64,000 nt of DNA from Candidatus Latescibacterota bacterium (lineage in GTDB: Bacteria; Latescibacterota; UBA2968; UBA8231), in NCBI GenBank assembly GCA_965206595.1, contig OZ242214.1:2432001-2496000 (forward strand), written 5' to 3'. Position numbers and translations under genes: made by a program. How positions within the stretch are numbered: position 1 is the first letter of the stretch; each line of letters starts with the position of its first letter. Below the pieces are notes generated by a model. It saw only the letters and a list, made by a program, of their open reading frames with translations. It made no database searches and was not told the DNA's origin. Below are positions 47,431 through 57,476 of the stretch, one piece after another.

Positions 47431-49200
47431 ATGCGACTTCCCGGGAAAAACGCTGTCCTGCTCTCGTTGTCGGCCACTTTCTGCGTTCCGGCGGACGCCG
47501 CGCCTCGGGAAGACTCCCCTCCCCCGGGATGGCGGATTCACCGGTCCATCCCTCCTCACAGCGCCGCGACCCACGCGGTGGTTCCGGGGGCAAGGTTCCG
47601 GGCAGGGGCGTTCAAACGCTGGCTCTACGGCAGCGACTACCGCAATCTCTGGACCACCCCCATCGAGGTCGCGGTCCTCGACCTCGACGGCGTCGGAGGC
47701 GGCCTGACGCCGCTGCGCACCGGCGGGTTCGGGCAGTCCATCTCCCTTCCCTTCACGGGAGAGGACGGCCGCCGGTACACGGTTCGCTCCCTCGACAAGG
47801 ATCCCACCAAGAGGATCTGGGACGAACTCAAGGGCACGATCGCCGACGACCTGCTGCAGGACCTGATCGCCTCGCTCCTCCCGACAGGGGCGCTCGTGAC
47901 CGATCCGCTGATGGAAGCCACCGGCATCCTTCATTCCAAACACAGGCTCGTCGTCATTCCGGACGATCCTAAGCTGGGGGAGTACCGCGAGGAGTTTGCC
48001 GGCCTCATAGGCACGCTGCAGGAACACCCTTCCGAAGGAGTGGACGATACTCCCGGCTTTGCCGGTTCCCGCAAGATCAACGGAACCGAGAAGCTGTGGA
48101 AGCACCTGGAAAAAACCCCGTGCAACCGCGTCGATGCCCGCGCCTACCTGAAGGCGAAGCTGATGGACTTCCTCATCGGCGACAAGGACCGCCATTTCGG
48201 CCAGTGGAGGTGGGCGCGGTTCCCTGACGGGGACTGCTTTACCTGGGTTGTGATACCCGAGGACCGCGACCAGGCTTTCATCGATCTCGACGGGTTCGCC
48301 ATGGCCGTGGCGCGCAGGGGGCTTCCCAGGCAAATCGAGTTCAAAGACACGTTACCCGAGCCTGGTGGGCCTGTCGACTACCGGTTGGGAGATGGACCGG
48401 GAGTTCCTCGTCGAGCTCGACAGGGCTGCGTGGGACTCGGTGGTGACGGAGTTCCGCGGCGACCTGCCCGACCCGGTCATCGAGGATGCGGTCCAGAGAC
48501 TCCCGGCGCCCTACTACGCGATGATCGGGGAGGACCTTGCCAAGGCGCTGAAATCGAGGCGGGACGCGTTGCCCGGGTTTGTCGGGCGATACTACGAGTT
48601 GATCACCCGTGAGGCGGAAATCCAGGCGACCGACAAGGACGAATACGTCCTGTGTGAGCACTTGGCCAGCGGCGATCTCGCGGTCCGGATCGGTCTGACG
48701 GAAGGCCCAGGTGGAAAGAGAGAAAACCCCTACTTCCGGAGGATCTTCCGTCCCGGGGAAACCCGGGAGGTCCGCATATACCTCCGCGGGGGAGACGACA
48801 GCGCGGAGATATCGGGGGCCAGGGGAAAGATTGCGGTTCGTATCGATGGCGGAGGGGGAGACGACAGCTACACCAACTCCTCCCGGGCCGGCGCTTCAAG
48901 GACAAGGTTTTTCGATTACCGCGGGAACAAGGGCAAGGGAGCGAAGATCGACGAGAGCCCCTACAAGCGTCCTCCCGCACCGGTTCTGCGTGCGCGCTAC
49001 GCACTGGACTGGGGCAGGCAGACGATTGCCTTCCCGGTCTTCATGGTGAGCCCCGACCTGGGTGTCTTTGTGGGAGGTGTGGCCAGCAGGCAGTACTTCG
49101 GGTATCGAAAGGACCCCTACTCTTCGAGCCACTCCATAAACGCCGGGCTGGCCGTGAATCGTCTCAAGCCGTTTGTGTCCTACACGGGCACCTTCCGCCG
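47431..49200 (+). pseudogene. Large Omp85/BamA-type surface protein, frameshifted near 48350 and truncated
   Basis: YGSDYRNLWTTP, GGLTP..GG.QS, DRHFGQWRW, PEDRDQAF, GYRKDPY; the barrel is not completed. Confidence 0.6.
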
Positions 49201-49508
49201 GTCGCTGCTCGGCGGGGGCAGACAAGAAGGCCATTGCCGCCGGAACACCCAGCGACGCCCGGATCGAAGTGCATGCAACGAAAGTCAATGCGGCTCGGAA
49301 AGCAGTGGCGCTCATTCTGGAATCCAGCACCAGGCGATGGCAGTTGGCCAACGTGGCCAGGAATCAGGACGGAACGGCGGTCGTCGCGTTCGATGTCTGG
49401 TTGAAGCAAACCGTCGATCCGGCTTCCATCGTCCGGGAAATCGAAGAGGCCGGGAAGAAGAGTATCAGCAACGTGCAACTGAAGGGGTACAGCCCCGCAA
49501 CCAGGTGA
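49200..49508 (+). pseudogene. Orphan C-terminal gene fragment fused to the previous gene
   Basis: Coding-like frame KAIAAGTPSDARIEVH...YSPATR* with no start of its own. Confidence 0.35.
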
Positions 49509-49513
49509 TTGCC

Positions 49514-50473
49514 ATGGGTCGCGGAGAAAAATCCCTACTGGGATTTCTCGGTTTCGGCATTCTCGTCTACCTGTTTGCGATCAGCCATGGAGGGGATTCC
49601 CCCGCGGATGCGAGCAGGGATTCCACGAACCTCGATTCGGATACTTCCGCGGCACGCTCCGTGGTGGACACGAGGGCGGTTTCGCAGCCGGGAGTGTCTC
49701 TCGGAAGTTATGGGCTGAAAGCGGAGACCGCGGCGCACTTGAAGCTTCCTGGACGTCTCAGGGAAATCTCGGGTCTGGCCATGACCGGGGACGGCCGGCT
49801 CCTAGCGCACAACGATGAAAGGGGAGCCGTTTACGAGATCGACTACCGGGACGGGTCCATCGTAAAAACCTTCCAGCTGGCGGATACGGCGAATCCGGTT
49901 GCCGGCGATTTCGAGGGCATTGCCACAGCCGGGGAGCAGATCTACCTGGTCACCAGTTCAGGACGGCTGTACGAGTTCACCGAGGGCGCCGACCGGGAGT
50001 CCGTCCTGTTCAATGCCTATGCTACCGGGGTCGGCAGGGACTGCGAAATAGAAGGCCTGGCGTATAACGACAGCCGGCGGGAACTTCTATTGATGTGCAA
50101 AGGTTCCCGCAGTGCAGACCTGAAAGGTAGGTTGGCAATATATCATTGGTCGATCGACGGGAAGCAGCTGAGCGAGAATCCCCGTACGGTAATCCCTGTC
50201 ATTGAATTCTCCCGGCCCATCGCGCAAACCAAGTTCCAGCCTTCCGGAATCGAGCGGCACCCTGCCTCGGGAAACTACTTCGTCGTGGCGGCCCGTCAGC
50301 GCGCCATCGCGGAGATCACCCCGGACGGACAGGTCTTAGCCGTCAGGCAGTTTCCCGCCAAATGGCATCGCCAGGTTGAAGGCATCACTTTCGCCGCGGA
50401 CAACACGCTGATCGTTGCCGATGAGGGCGCAGGGAAAAAAGCCGGAATAACAAGTTTACCCGGTTTCGGGTAG
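49514..50473 (+). CDS. SdiA-regulated (YjiK-like) beta-propeller protein
   Basis: EISGLA, HNDERG, GDFEGI, EIEGLAY, FQPSGI, QVEGITF, ADEG. Confidence 0.8.
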   Translation: MGRGEKSLLGFLGFGILVYLFAISHGGDSPADASRDSTNLDSDTSAARSVVDTRAVSQPGVSLGSYGLKAETAAHLKLPGRLREISGLAMTGDGRLLAHNDERGAVYEIDYRDGSIVKTFQLADTANPVAGDFEGIATAGEQIYLVTSSGRLYEFTEGADRESVLFNAYATGVGRDCEIEGLAYNDSRRELLLMCKGSRSADLKGRLAIYHWSIDGKQLSENPRTVIPVIEFSRPIAQTKFQPSGIERHPASGNYFVVAARQRAIAEITPDGQVLAVRQFPAKWHRQVEGITFAADNTLIVADEGAGKKAGITSLPGFG

Positions 50474-50712
50474 CGTCAAGTAGCGAAGCCCGACCCGCAC
50501 CAAGCCTGGAACCCGTCTGCCAAAATCTCATAAAAGAAAACCGGTTCAACGTTGCCTTGTTGGCGGCTGTCCTGTTCGTGCAGGTCAGCCGCGCCCAGGA
50601 CTATACCCGCTCGAATTTGCCCGTAGGCCCCTCGTCCGAATGCAAAGAAAGATATCACCTGTCAGAGGTTGTAAATTCAAACGGAAACCGTCCGTGAAAC
50701 CGGGGTCTCCCA

Positions 50713-51017
50713 TCATGCTGGTACGTACCGCTGTACGCTGATCTCGTTTGCCCGGGAGCGCATCTGCGAGGCGTCATACCAGGCCTGCATCCGCAACAAC
50801 ATGTCCATGCTCACGGCAAAAGCCTTCTCGATACGAAGCGCCATCTCCGGCGATAGGGAAGCGTTGCCGTTCAGAAGGTCGGAAAGCGTCGCCCGGCGGA
50901 CTCCCAGAATCTCGGCTGCCCTGGTCACGTTCAGCCCCAACTCCTCGATAACTTCCGTTCTGATGAAGTCGCCGGATGCGCAGGGGTCATGTTCACTTCG
51001 ATGCCGCCGGTAGCCAT
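50713..51017 (-). CDS. higA: HigA antitoxin (1-nt frameshift near 50972)
   Basis: MTPAHP(G)DFIRTEVIEELGLNVTRAAEILGVRRATLSDLLNGNASLSPEMALRIEKAF. Confidence 0.85.
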
Positions 51018-51250
51018 CAGTGGTAATCCTCCAAGTTCAAGCGGTCGATTCGGCCGTTCTCTTCTTCGAACGTAATCCGCCAATTAGCCGGATACTAAGA
51101 CGCTCCATTCGTCCTGACGAATACCTGAGAGCGGGTGGATGCGCCAGCCACGGAGCGCATCGGCAATGAAGCTGTCCAAATCCTCTGCCAGGATCAGTGC
51201 CGTCAAGATCTTGCGCACCCGGTCTACCTCCCAAGACCAACTCAACTGAG
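51017..51250 (-). pseudogene. higB: HigB/RelE toxin remnant, N-terminus missing
   Basis: GWRIHPLSG...WSVLVSG / NWRITFEEENG..LNLEDYH*; TGATG overlap with higA. Confidence 0.75.
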
Positions 51251-51267
51251 CTGTCCCCCGCCCCTGT

Positions 51268-52489
51268 TCAGGGCCACCGGTCAATTTCCGCGGCAATGTC
51301 GAGATCTTCCGGCATTTCGTAGAAGTAGTACCGCGACGGCCGGTCCTCGTACCCCGGCGGCGCCAGCTCCGCGTCAGCCTGCATCCCCTCATCGATCGGG
51401 CGGAAGCGCTCCCATAGCGCTTCGGCCTCCTCCGGGGAGAAGCGTTCGGCGAACTCCCCACCCCAGTGCAGGGTGATGGGGTGCTGGAACAGGGCCATGT
51501 TGCGGCGGCTCTCCGGCACCCTGCCGGCGTCGGGGCGCCGCAGGTCGTGGATGCGCCGCGCGCTCTTGCTCATGTACACCGTGGTCAGCACTCTTCCCCT
51601 GGCTCCCCGTCCCGGGGTGCAGCTCCTCGAGCACCTCTCCGTAGCGGGCGCCGTTGCCGTCGATGGCGGCGCGCAGGGCGGCTTCGGTCAGATCCCGGGT
51701 GCGCTCGCTGCGCCCGTTCCAGCGCTCGAAACTCTCGCGAGTCGGCGCGGACAGGTGTTCGGCGTAGCTGAGGTCGTGAACCTGCGTGTGCGTCGCGAAG
51801 CCCCCGTGCAGGGTGCGGCGCAGGGTCCGGTCGTAGCGGCTTCCCCAGTGCAGGATCGGCAGGATGTAGACGACGCCGTCCCCGGCCTCGAGATCGGTCT
51901 GCACCCCGCCCGGGAACGGCGCGCGCTCGTCCTCGGCGAGCAAGCGGTTCTCCTCCGCCGTGTTGAGCCGCTTGTGGCTGCCGGGGATCACCCACAGCAC
52001 GCCGTCGTCGTAGAGCGGGATGTTCCACTGCACGTAGCGCGGTCCGTTCTCCAGGATATCCTCGGTGTAGGCCTGTACCGGGGCGCTGAACGGAGGGTAG
52101 AGATCGCGGTGCCAGCCCCGGTGGCCGCCGCTGCCGTGATCGCGGACCGGGCTGCACATCATCATCATCTCCGTCACCCCCGCGTCCTCGACGCCGAGAA
52201 GCTCGCTGCTGACCCCCTGGATGTTTTCATGGTGCCAGATCTCGATGCCGGCGCTGCAGCCGGCGTCGACGCGATCGGCGATCTGCCCGACCATCACCCG
52301 CGGCTGGGCGGATACCTCCCACTGGCCTCCGGGCGGGTCACCCGGGGCGCGATCCCGCCGCCACACCGCCTTCTGCTTCTCGAGCAGGCTCTCGCAGGCA
52401 GCCCTGAGCCGCTTGAGGTCGGAGGGCGGGACTACCTGGCGCAGGATCAGGTAACCCTCTTCGAGGAACCGGTCCCTGTCGACTTTCAT
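51268..52489 (-). CDS. PhyH-family dioxygenase with C-terminal extension (frameshift near 51590)
   Basis: EEGYLIL, GWHRD, VIPGSH, ILHWG; continues in ORF 51268-51591. Confidence 0.8.
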
Positions 52490-52592
52490 CAGCGTCTTTT
52501 CACCTCGCCAACCTCGGCAGTCCCGGTCATCGCCTTCCTCTTTCTTGTGCCGTATTGAGCTATAACCCGACTCCCGCGCATTTGCGAAACCG

Positions 52593-53822
52593 CTACCAGC
52601 AGGGCGCGCCGTTCTTCACGTACTCGGCAAGCTGCCGCGCCTGGTCTTCGGGAATCCCGCCCGGGAAGCAGCCCGGGTTGGCGTCGACGTGCAACGCGAT
52701 ATCGACCGCGGCGCTTATGGTCGCCCGCATCGCCGCGGGGCTGACGTCCTCGGTGACGTCGGCGCGGGTGTGCCAGGTCAGCTGCGGGCCGCGCTGAAAC
52801 CAGAGGGTCGGCACGCCACGGGCGCTCAGGAATGCCTGGTCGAGCCCGGTGAACTGGTGCTGCAGGTCCGCCGTGTACCCGATCTCGGAGCAGCGCAGGC
52901 GCACGAGGTCGACCAGCCCGTCCAGCCCCATGATGTGGATGTTGTTGCGGCCGAGAAAGTCCCCCTGGCCGTCGAAGTAGATCCCCAGCTCCGTAGCCGA
53001 CAGTGGCCCGGCGTGCGCCTCGGCGTACGCGGCAGACCCGTAGAGCCCGATCTCTTCGGCGCTGAAGTTGACGAAGTCGACGGTCACATCGAGATCGAGC
53101 CCGCTCAGGCTGCGCACCACCTCCAGGGCGCAGGCCGCGCCGGTGGCGTTGTCGACCGCCGCCCCTCCGGCCGGAACCGAATCGTAGTGGCCGCTGATGT
53201 TGATGCGGCGTTCTCCCGAAGCCCCGGGAAGCGTGGCGACCACGTTGCGGCCCGTGACGTCTTCGATCCGGGTTTCGATCTCGAGCTTCAGCCTGTCGAC
53301 GCCGTGGCGTACCAGGTCGACGCCGTCGGCGAATCCGAGGGTGACCATGGGCAGGCTGCCCGCCAGGGCGGTGGTCGGGCCGACGATCTGGTGCCACGCC
53401 AGCGCTTTTTCCTGGGTCACCAGGATCACCCCGGCCGGATTGCTTTCGAGCAGCGCCTTCTCGTCGGGGAGGCCGTTGTAGAACAGCGCGATTTTCCCGG
53501 CGATCCGGGCGGCGTCGGCATCCGCTTTCTCACACACCACAAGGGCCGCCTCCAACCCACCCGCGGGGGTCGATGCCGAGAACTCTATCGGCAGGGCCTC
53601 GATTTCGCCGAGGGGTCCGCAGCTCACCCTGCAGAGGTCGAAGTCCCAGCTGCGGGCCGCAAACTCCTCGGTGCCCACCCCTTCACATCCCCACTTCTCG
53701 AGCTGCTCGCACTGGTACCCGGCGGCGCGGATCTCCCCCGCGAAACCGGTCGGCCGCTTGCCGATGGTGTCGGCCAGGTAGCGCACGTGCTCGAGTCCGT
53801 CCCCTATGGTCACGCTGCTCAT
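52593..53822 (-). CDS. M28 aminopeptidase with PA domain
   Basis: SGHYDS, AVDNATG, SAEEIGLYGS, WHTRAD. Confidence 0.88.
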   Translation of the reverse strand: MSSVTIGDGLEHVRYLADTIGKRPTGFAGEIRAAGYQCEQLEKWGCEGVGTEEFAARSWDFDLCRVSCGPLGEIEALPIEFSASTPAGGLEAALVVCEKADADAARIAGKIALFYNGLPDEKALLESNPAGVILVTQEKALAWHQIVGPTTALAGSLPMVTLGFADGVDLVRHGVDRLKLEIETRIEDVTGRNVVATLPGASGERRINISGHYDSVPAGGAAVDNATGAACALEVVRSLSGLDLDVTVDFVNFSAEEIGLYGSAAYAEAHAGPLSATELGIYFDGQGDFLGRNNIHIMGLDGLVDLVRLRCSEIGYTADLQHQFTGLDQAFLSARGVPTLWFQRGPQLTWHTRADVTEDVSPAAMRATISAAVDIALHVDANPGCFPGGIPEDQARQLAEYVKNGAPCW

Positions 53823-54105
53823 CTCTGCTCCTTCATCCTGTGTTGGTTCCGCCGCCATTCAACCGAAAAGCGGGTTACGCGACCGCTCCCCGTCACTGCG
53901 GAATTTGTCCATGCCCGCGGTATTCGGGAGAGGCTGGTTGTGGCCCGCGAAAGTGTCCACTCCGGCTGGTATTCGAAAGATCGGGACAAGATAAAGCCAT
54001 GACCGGCGGTGCGGTGCAACGCAACGGCAGGACAATCCGGGGTTCGCGCGTCACGTCCCGTTCCATTGCGGGTCTTTCACGTCGGATGCTTACGGAGACA
54101 ATCCA

Positions 54106-55597
54106 TTGAACGGTACCGTACAAACCGCGGCGCTGGTGACCGCCGCCCTCGGCGGCGACGAGGCCTCCTTCACCCGCCTGGTCGAGAATCACAAGGACGC
54201 GGTCTTCGCGATCGCCCTGTCGCGGACAGGAGATTTCGACGCCGCCGGCGACATCGCCCAGGAGGTGTTCCTGCGCGCCTTCCTCGGTCTCCACCGTCTC
54301 AAGGATCCGGCCCTGTTTTCAGGCTGGTTGCGGGCGATAGTGGAAAACCGCTGCCGCACCTGGATAGCCCGGCGCCAACGCCAGCCGGCGCGGGAGGTCT
54401 TCGATTCCACCGCCCCCCACCTGGCGGGCGACGACTCCCCGGACCGCAATCTCAGGCGCGCCGAGCGCCGCCGGGTCGTTCTGGATGCCATCGAGCGGCT
54501 GGCGCCTGACACCCGGGAGACGGTTGTCCTCCACTACCTGGAAGGAGTGCCGACGCCGCAACTGGCGACCTTGCTCGGTATTTCCGAGGCTGCGGTGCGC
54601 CAGCGTCTGCACCGGGGCCGCGAACAGATGAGAAACGAGGTGACCCACATGATCGATGAAAACCCTTCGGGACGAATCCCCAGGCGACGCCTTTGCCGCC
54701 GAGATAGAGGAACTGTTGACCCGCAGCCGCACCCGCTTCGGTGGCGTGCGCTACCGCGACGCCGTGACCGACCTCGAGCGCGCCGCCGAGTTGACACCGG
54801 ACGATGCGGCGACCGCCCTGCTGATCGCCGATGCCTACACCTTCGCCCGCTCGCCCGAAGAGCTTGCGGAACAGCCGCAGGATGCCAGGCGGGCGATCGA
54901 GGTCCTCGACGGGGCTGTCGCTCGCGCCGGCGACGGGAACGACCGGCTGGTGCTGCAGCTGAAGCGGACGTCGGTGCGGGCCACCATGGCCTTCGGCGAC
55001 GAAACAGGGTCCGGAATGCTCGAGGTCCTGGGGGAGAACCGCACCCTGCTGAAAGAGGCGAAGGGTACGGCGCTGGAGCCGGTCGCGGTGATGGAACTGG
55101 CCCGCCGCTGCGTCTTCTCCGGTCAGGCGGCAGAGGCGGTCCAACTCTACGAGCGCGTGGGAAAGCAGAAGGGTTGGGAGAGCCTCGTGCTGTCGGAGAC
55201 CGGGATGGCCAAGGCGTCCGGCGGCGACGCCAGCGGCGCGGTCGCGAGCTTCGAGCGCGCCGTCGCTTCCACCACGCCGGCCACCATGAAAGCCCTCAAC
55301 GACGCCTTCCGCGCCGCCCTCGGGGACGCCTACTGGTCATTCTGGGCACCGGTGGAGATTCTCGAGATCCGCCAGTGCCAGAACCACGCCTGGCTCGCCG
55401 GCCTGCGCACAGGGATGGGGGAGTCAGAGCGGGGCCGTGCGCACCTGCGCAGGGCGGTCGAGCTGCTCGAGAGCGAGCCCATGGCTCCGATGCGCCCGGT
55501 CCTGGCGCCGGAGATGGTGCGGCGCTTCGATCAGATGTTCCCGTTTCTCGGCGACGCGCCGGAACTGCAGGCCCTGCGCGAGAAATGGATGCAGTGA
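54106..55597 (+). CDS. ECF sigma factor with C-terminal TPR-like extension (probable homopolymer frameshift at about 54660)
   Basis: DIAQEVFLRAF, FSGWL, AVRQRLHRGR; removing one A in gatgaaaaccctt joins ORF 54656-55597. Confidence 0.75.
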
Positions 55598-55768
55598 GGC
55601 GCTACACTTACTCCCCCTGCGCGCAGGCCAATCCTTCCCGGGAGCGCCGCAGCGCCATGATCCTCGCCGCCTCCCGCAACGCCACCCGGTGCTGCTTTTC
55701 GATCTCGCGCTCCTGCCTCCTGCCGGGGCGCCGGTGCGGGAGCAGGTTGAGCTTGCCGCGCGCCTCGG

Positions 55769-57367
55769 TTACCCCGCAGTCAGGCGTTCCTGTTGCATCC
55801 AGTGTTGCAGCACCTTCCGGGACCGGGTCAGAAGGCGAAGATAGCGGCTCTCCACCGCCTGCTTGCCGCGGGCCTTCTTCGCGTTGGTCTCCAGGTTGAA
55901 GCGTCCGCGAACCTCGGTCACGATCCGCGAGTGAGGATCCAGGGCGATGGTGAGCACCGGCTCCCGTTTGCCGCCGTTTTCGAACACGCTCACCGACCAG
56001 ATCGATTTGCCTCCGCCGCGGCAGCTTTTGACGTAGGAGGAGACGCAGTGGTGCATGTGTCGGCCCTCCTCGACCAGCTCGCGGTTGCTCAGCAGCTCGC
56101 GGATCGTCCAGAGGCTCTTTCCCTTGTTGGCGGGATCCGGTTCCTCGTAGCCGAACTCACCCACCGGGGATCGCTCCCATTGCACCAGGCGCTTCCAGCG
56201 CTTTCTGCCGGGCCGCTGTTCGGCCGGGGGCTCGTCCGGGTGCACCTGATTCGCCAGCTCCTCGTGCCACTGCTCCATCTGCCGCATCAGCTTGGGAATG
56301 CTCCGGCTCTTCATCGAAAGGGAAGGTTGCGCCGGGGGCAGCTGTTCCCATTCCCCCCCTCCCGGTCCCACGACGCGGCGATCGACGAACTTCTGGTTGT
56401 GGATGAAATCACAGATGGGACCGACCTGGGCCGGGTCGAGCATCGGGTTGCGGACGAAAAAGGTTACTACCGTCGCCCAGAACTCTTCCTCCTCGAAGGA
56501 GGACCCGAGCCGCGAGCGGATGACGGCGCGGGCCAGCGTCTCGCTGCCGCCCTGCCCGATCACCTGTCCCCACCTGAGGGCGTGGTCAAGCGGAAGGTCG
56601 TCGGGCCCCTCTAGGAATTCGTGGGCCATCCTCCTGGTGAAGGCCACAGGTAGGTCGGCGGTGCGAATGTTGCCGCCCTGTCCGACGTGGATGAACCAGT
56701 CCTGGCGCTCCTCCGCCGCGGCCGAGCGCCCCATCAGCCAGGCTGCGTCCATGAACACCGGTACGCGGTACCTCGCCAGCAGATGGCGGATCAGGCTGCT
56801 GAACTGCCGCCGCGGGTTGTGGCTTGAGGGGGACCAGGTGTCTACGGGCCTGATCCATTCGCGGTGCCGGCGGGCGAGCGCGGCCATCCCTTCGATGCAG
56901 GTGTTGCCGGGGATCTCACCCAGCTTCTTCATCGCCGGATACGGACCGAACAGGTCGGCCTCGCCCTGAGCTTGCAGAAACAACTGAAACAGTGCCCGGC
57001 GAGCCGGCCCTTTTTCGAAGGTGTTGAACTGGGCCCTGATCCTGTAGAGGTAATCGGCTCCGAGACGGCCCTTCTTGCTCGAATGCTCGTAGAGCTGGGT
57101 TATGGCGCTCTTCGGGTTGCGGCTCAGGCTGCGCTTGACCGCGAGGATCCGCTCCCCCTGCAGCCGGCCGGCCAACGCCCTTTCCTTGCGGATCTGCCCG
57201 TCGCTCTTGTAGACGCCGCCGCCCAGGCCGCGCCTGGCGCACCACTCGCGATACTCCTTCTCCGACCGGAGTCCGAGCTTCTCGATGTGGCGCTTCAGGT
57301 TGGACCGGTTGTTGTTGCGTTGAATCTCCTGGCTGCTCGTCCGCCGCTTGTGTCTTTTTCGTGGCAC
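55769..57367 (-). CDS. PcfJ-domain protein
   Basis: HLLARYRVPVFMD, C-terminal ELVEEGRHMHHCVSSY...LTI...EVRGRFN. Confidence 0.8.
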   Translation of the reverse strand: MPRKRHKRRTSSQEIQRNNNRSNLKRHIEKLGLRSEKEYREWCARRGLGGGVYKSDGQIRKERALAGRLQGERILAVKRSLSRNPKSAITQLYEHSSKKGRLGADYLYRIRAQFNTFEKGPARRALFQLFLQAQGEADLFGPYPAMKKLGEIPGNTCIEGMAALARRHREWIRPVDTWSPSSHNPRRQFSSLIRHLLARYRVPVFMDAAWLMGRSAAAEERQDWFIHVGQGGNIRTADLPVAFTRRMAHEFLEGPDDLPLDHALRWGQVIGQGGSETLARAVIRSRLGSSFEEEEFWATVVTFFVRNPMLDPAQVGPICDFIHNQKFVDRRVVGPGGGEWEQLPPAQPSLSMKSRSIPKLMRQMEQWHEELANQVHPDEPPAEQRPGRKRWKRLVQWERSPVGEFGYEEPDPANKGKSLWTIRELLSNRELVEEGRHMHHCVSSYVKSCRGGGKSIWSVSVFENGGKREPVLTIALDPHSRIVTEVRGRFNLETNAKKARGKQAVESRYLRLLTRSRKVLQHWMQQERLTAG

Positions 57368-57476
57368 TGTCTCCCCCACCAGCTCGCAGGCTTCCAGGAA
57401 AAGACCCTGAATCAACCCCGACGTGACCACCCCCGCGCACGACGGGAAGTCGATCATGCCGGATGAGGATGCCAAA

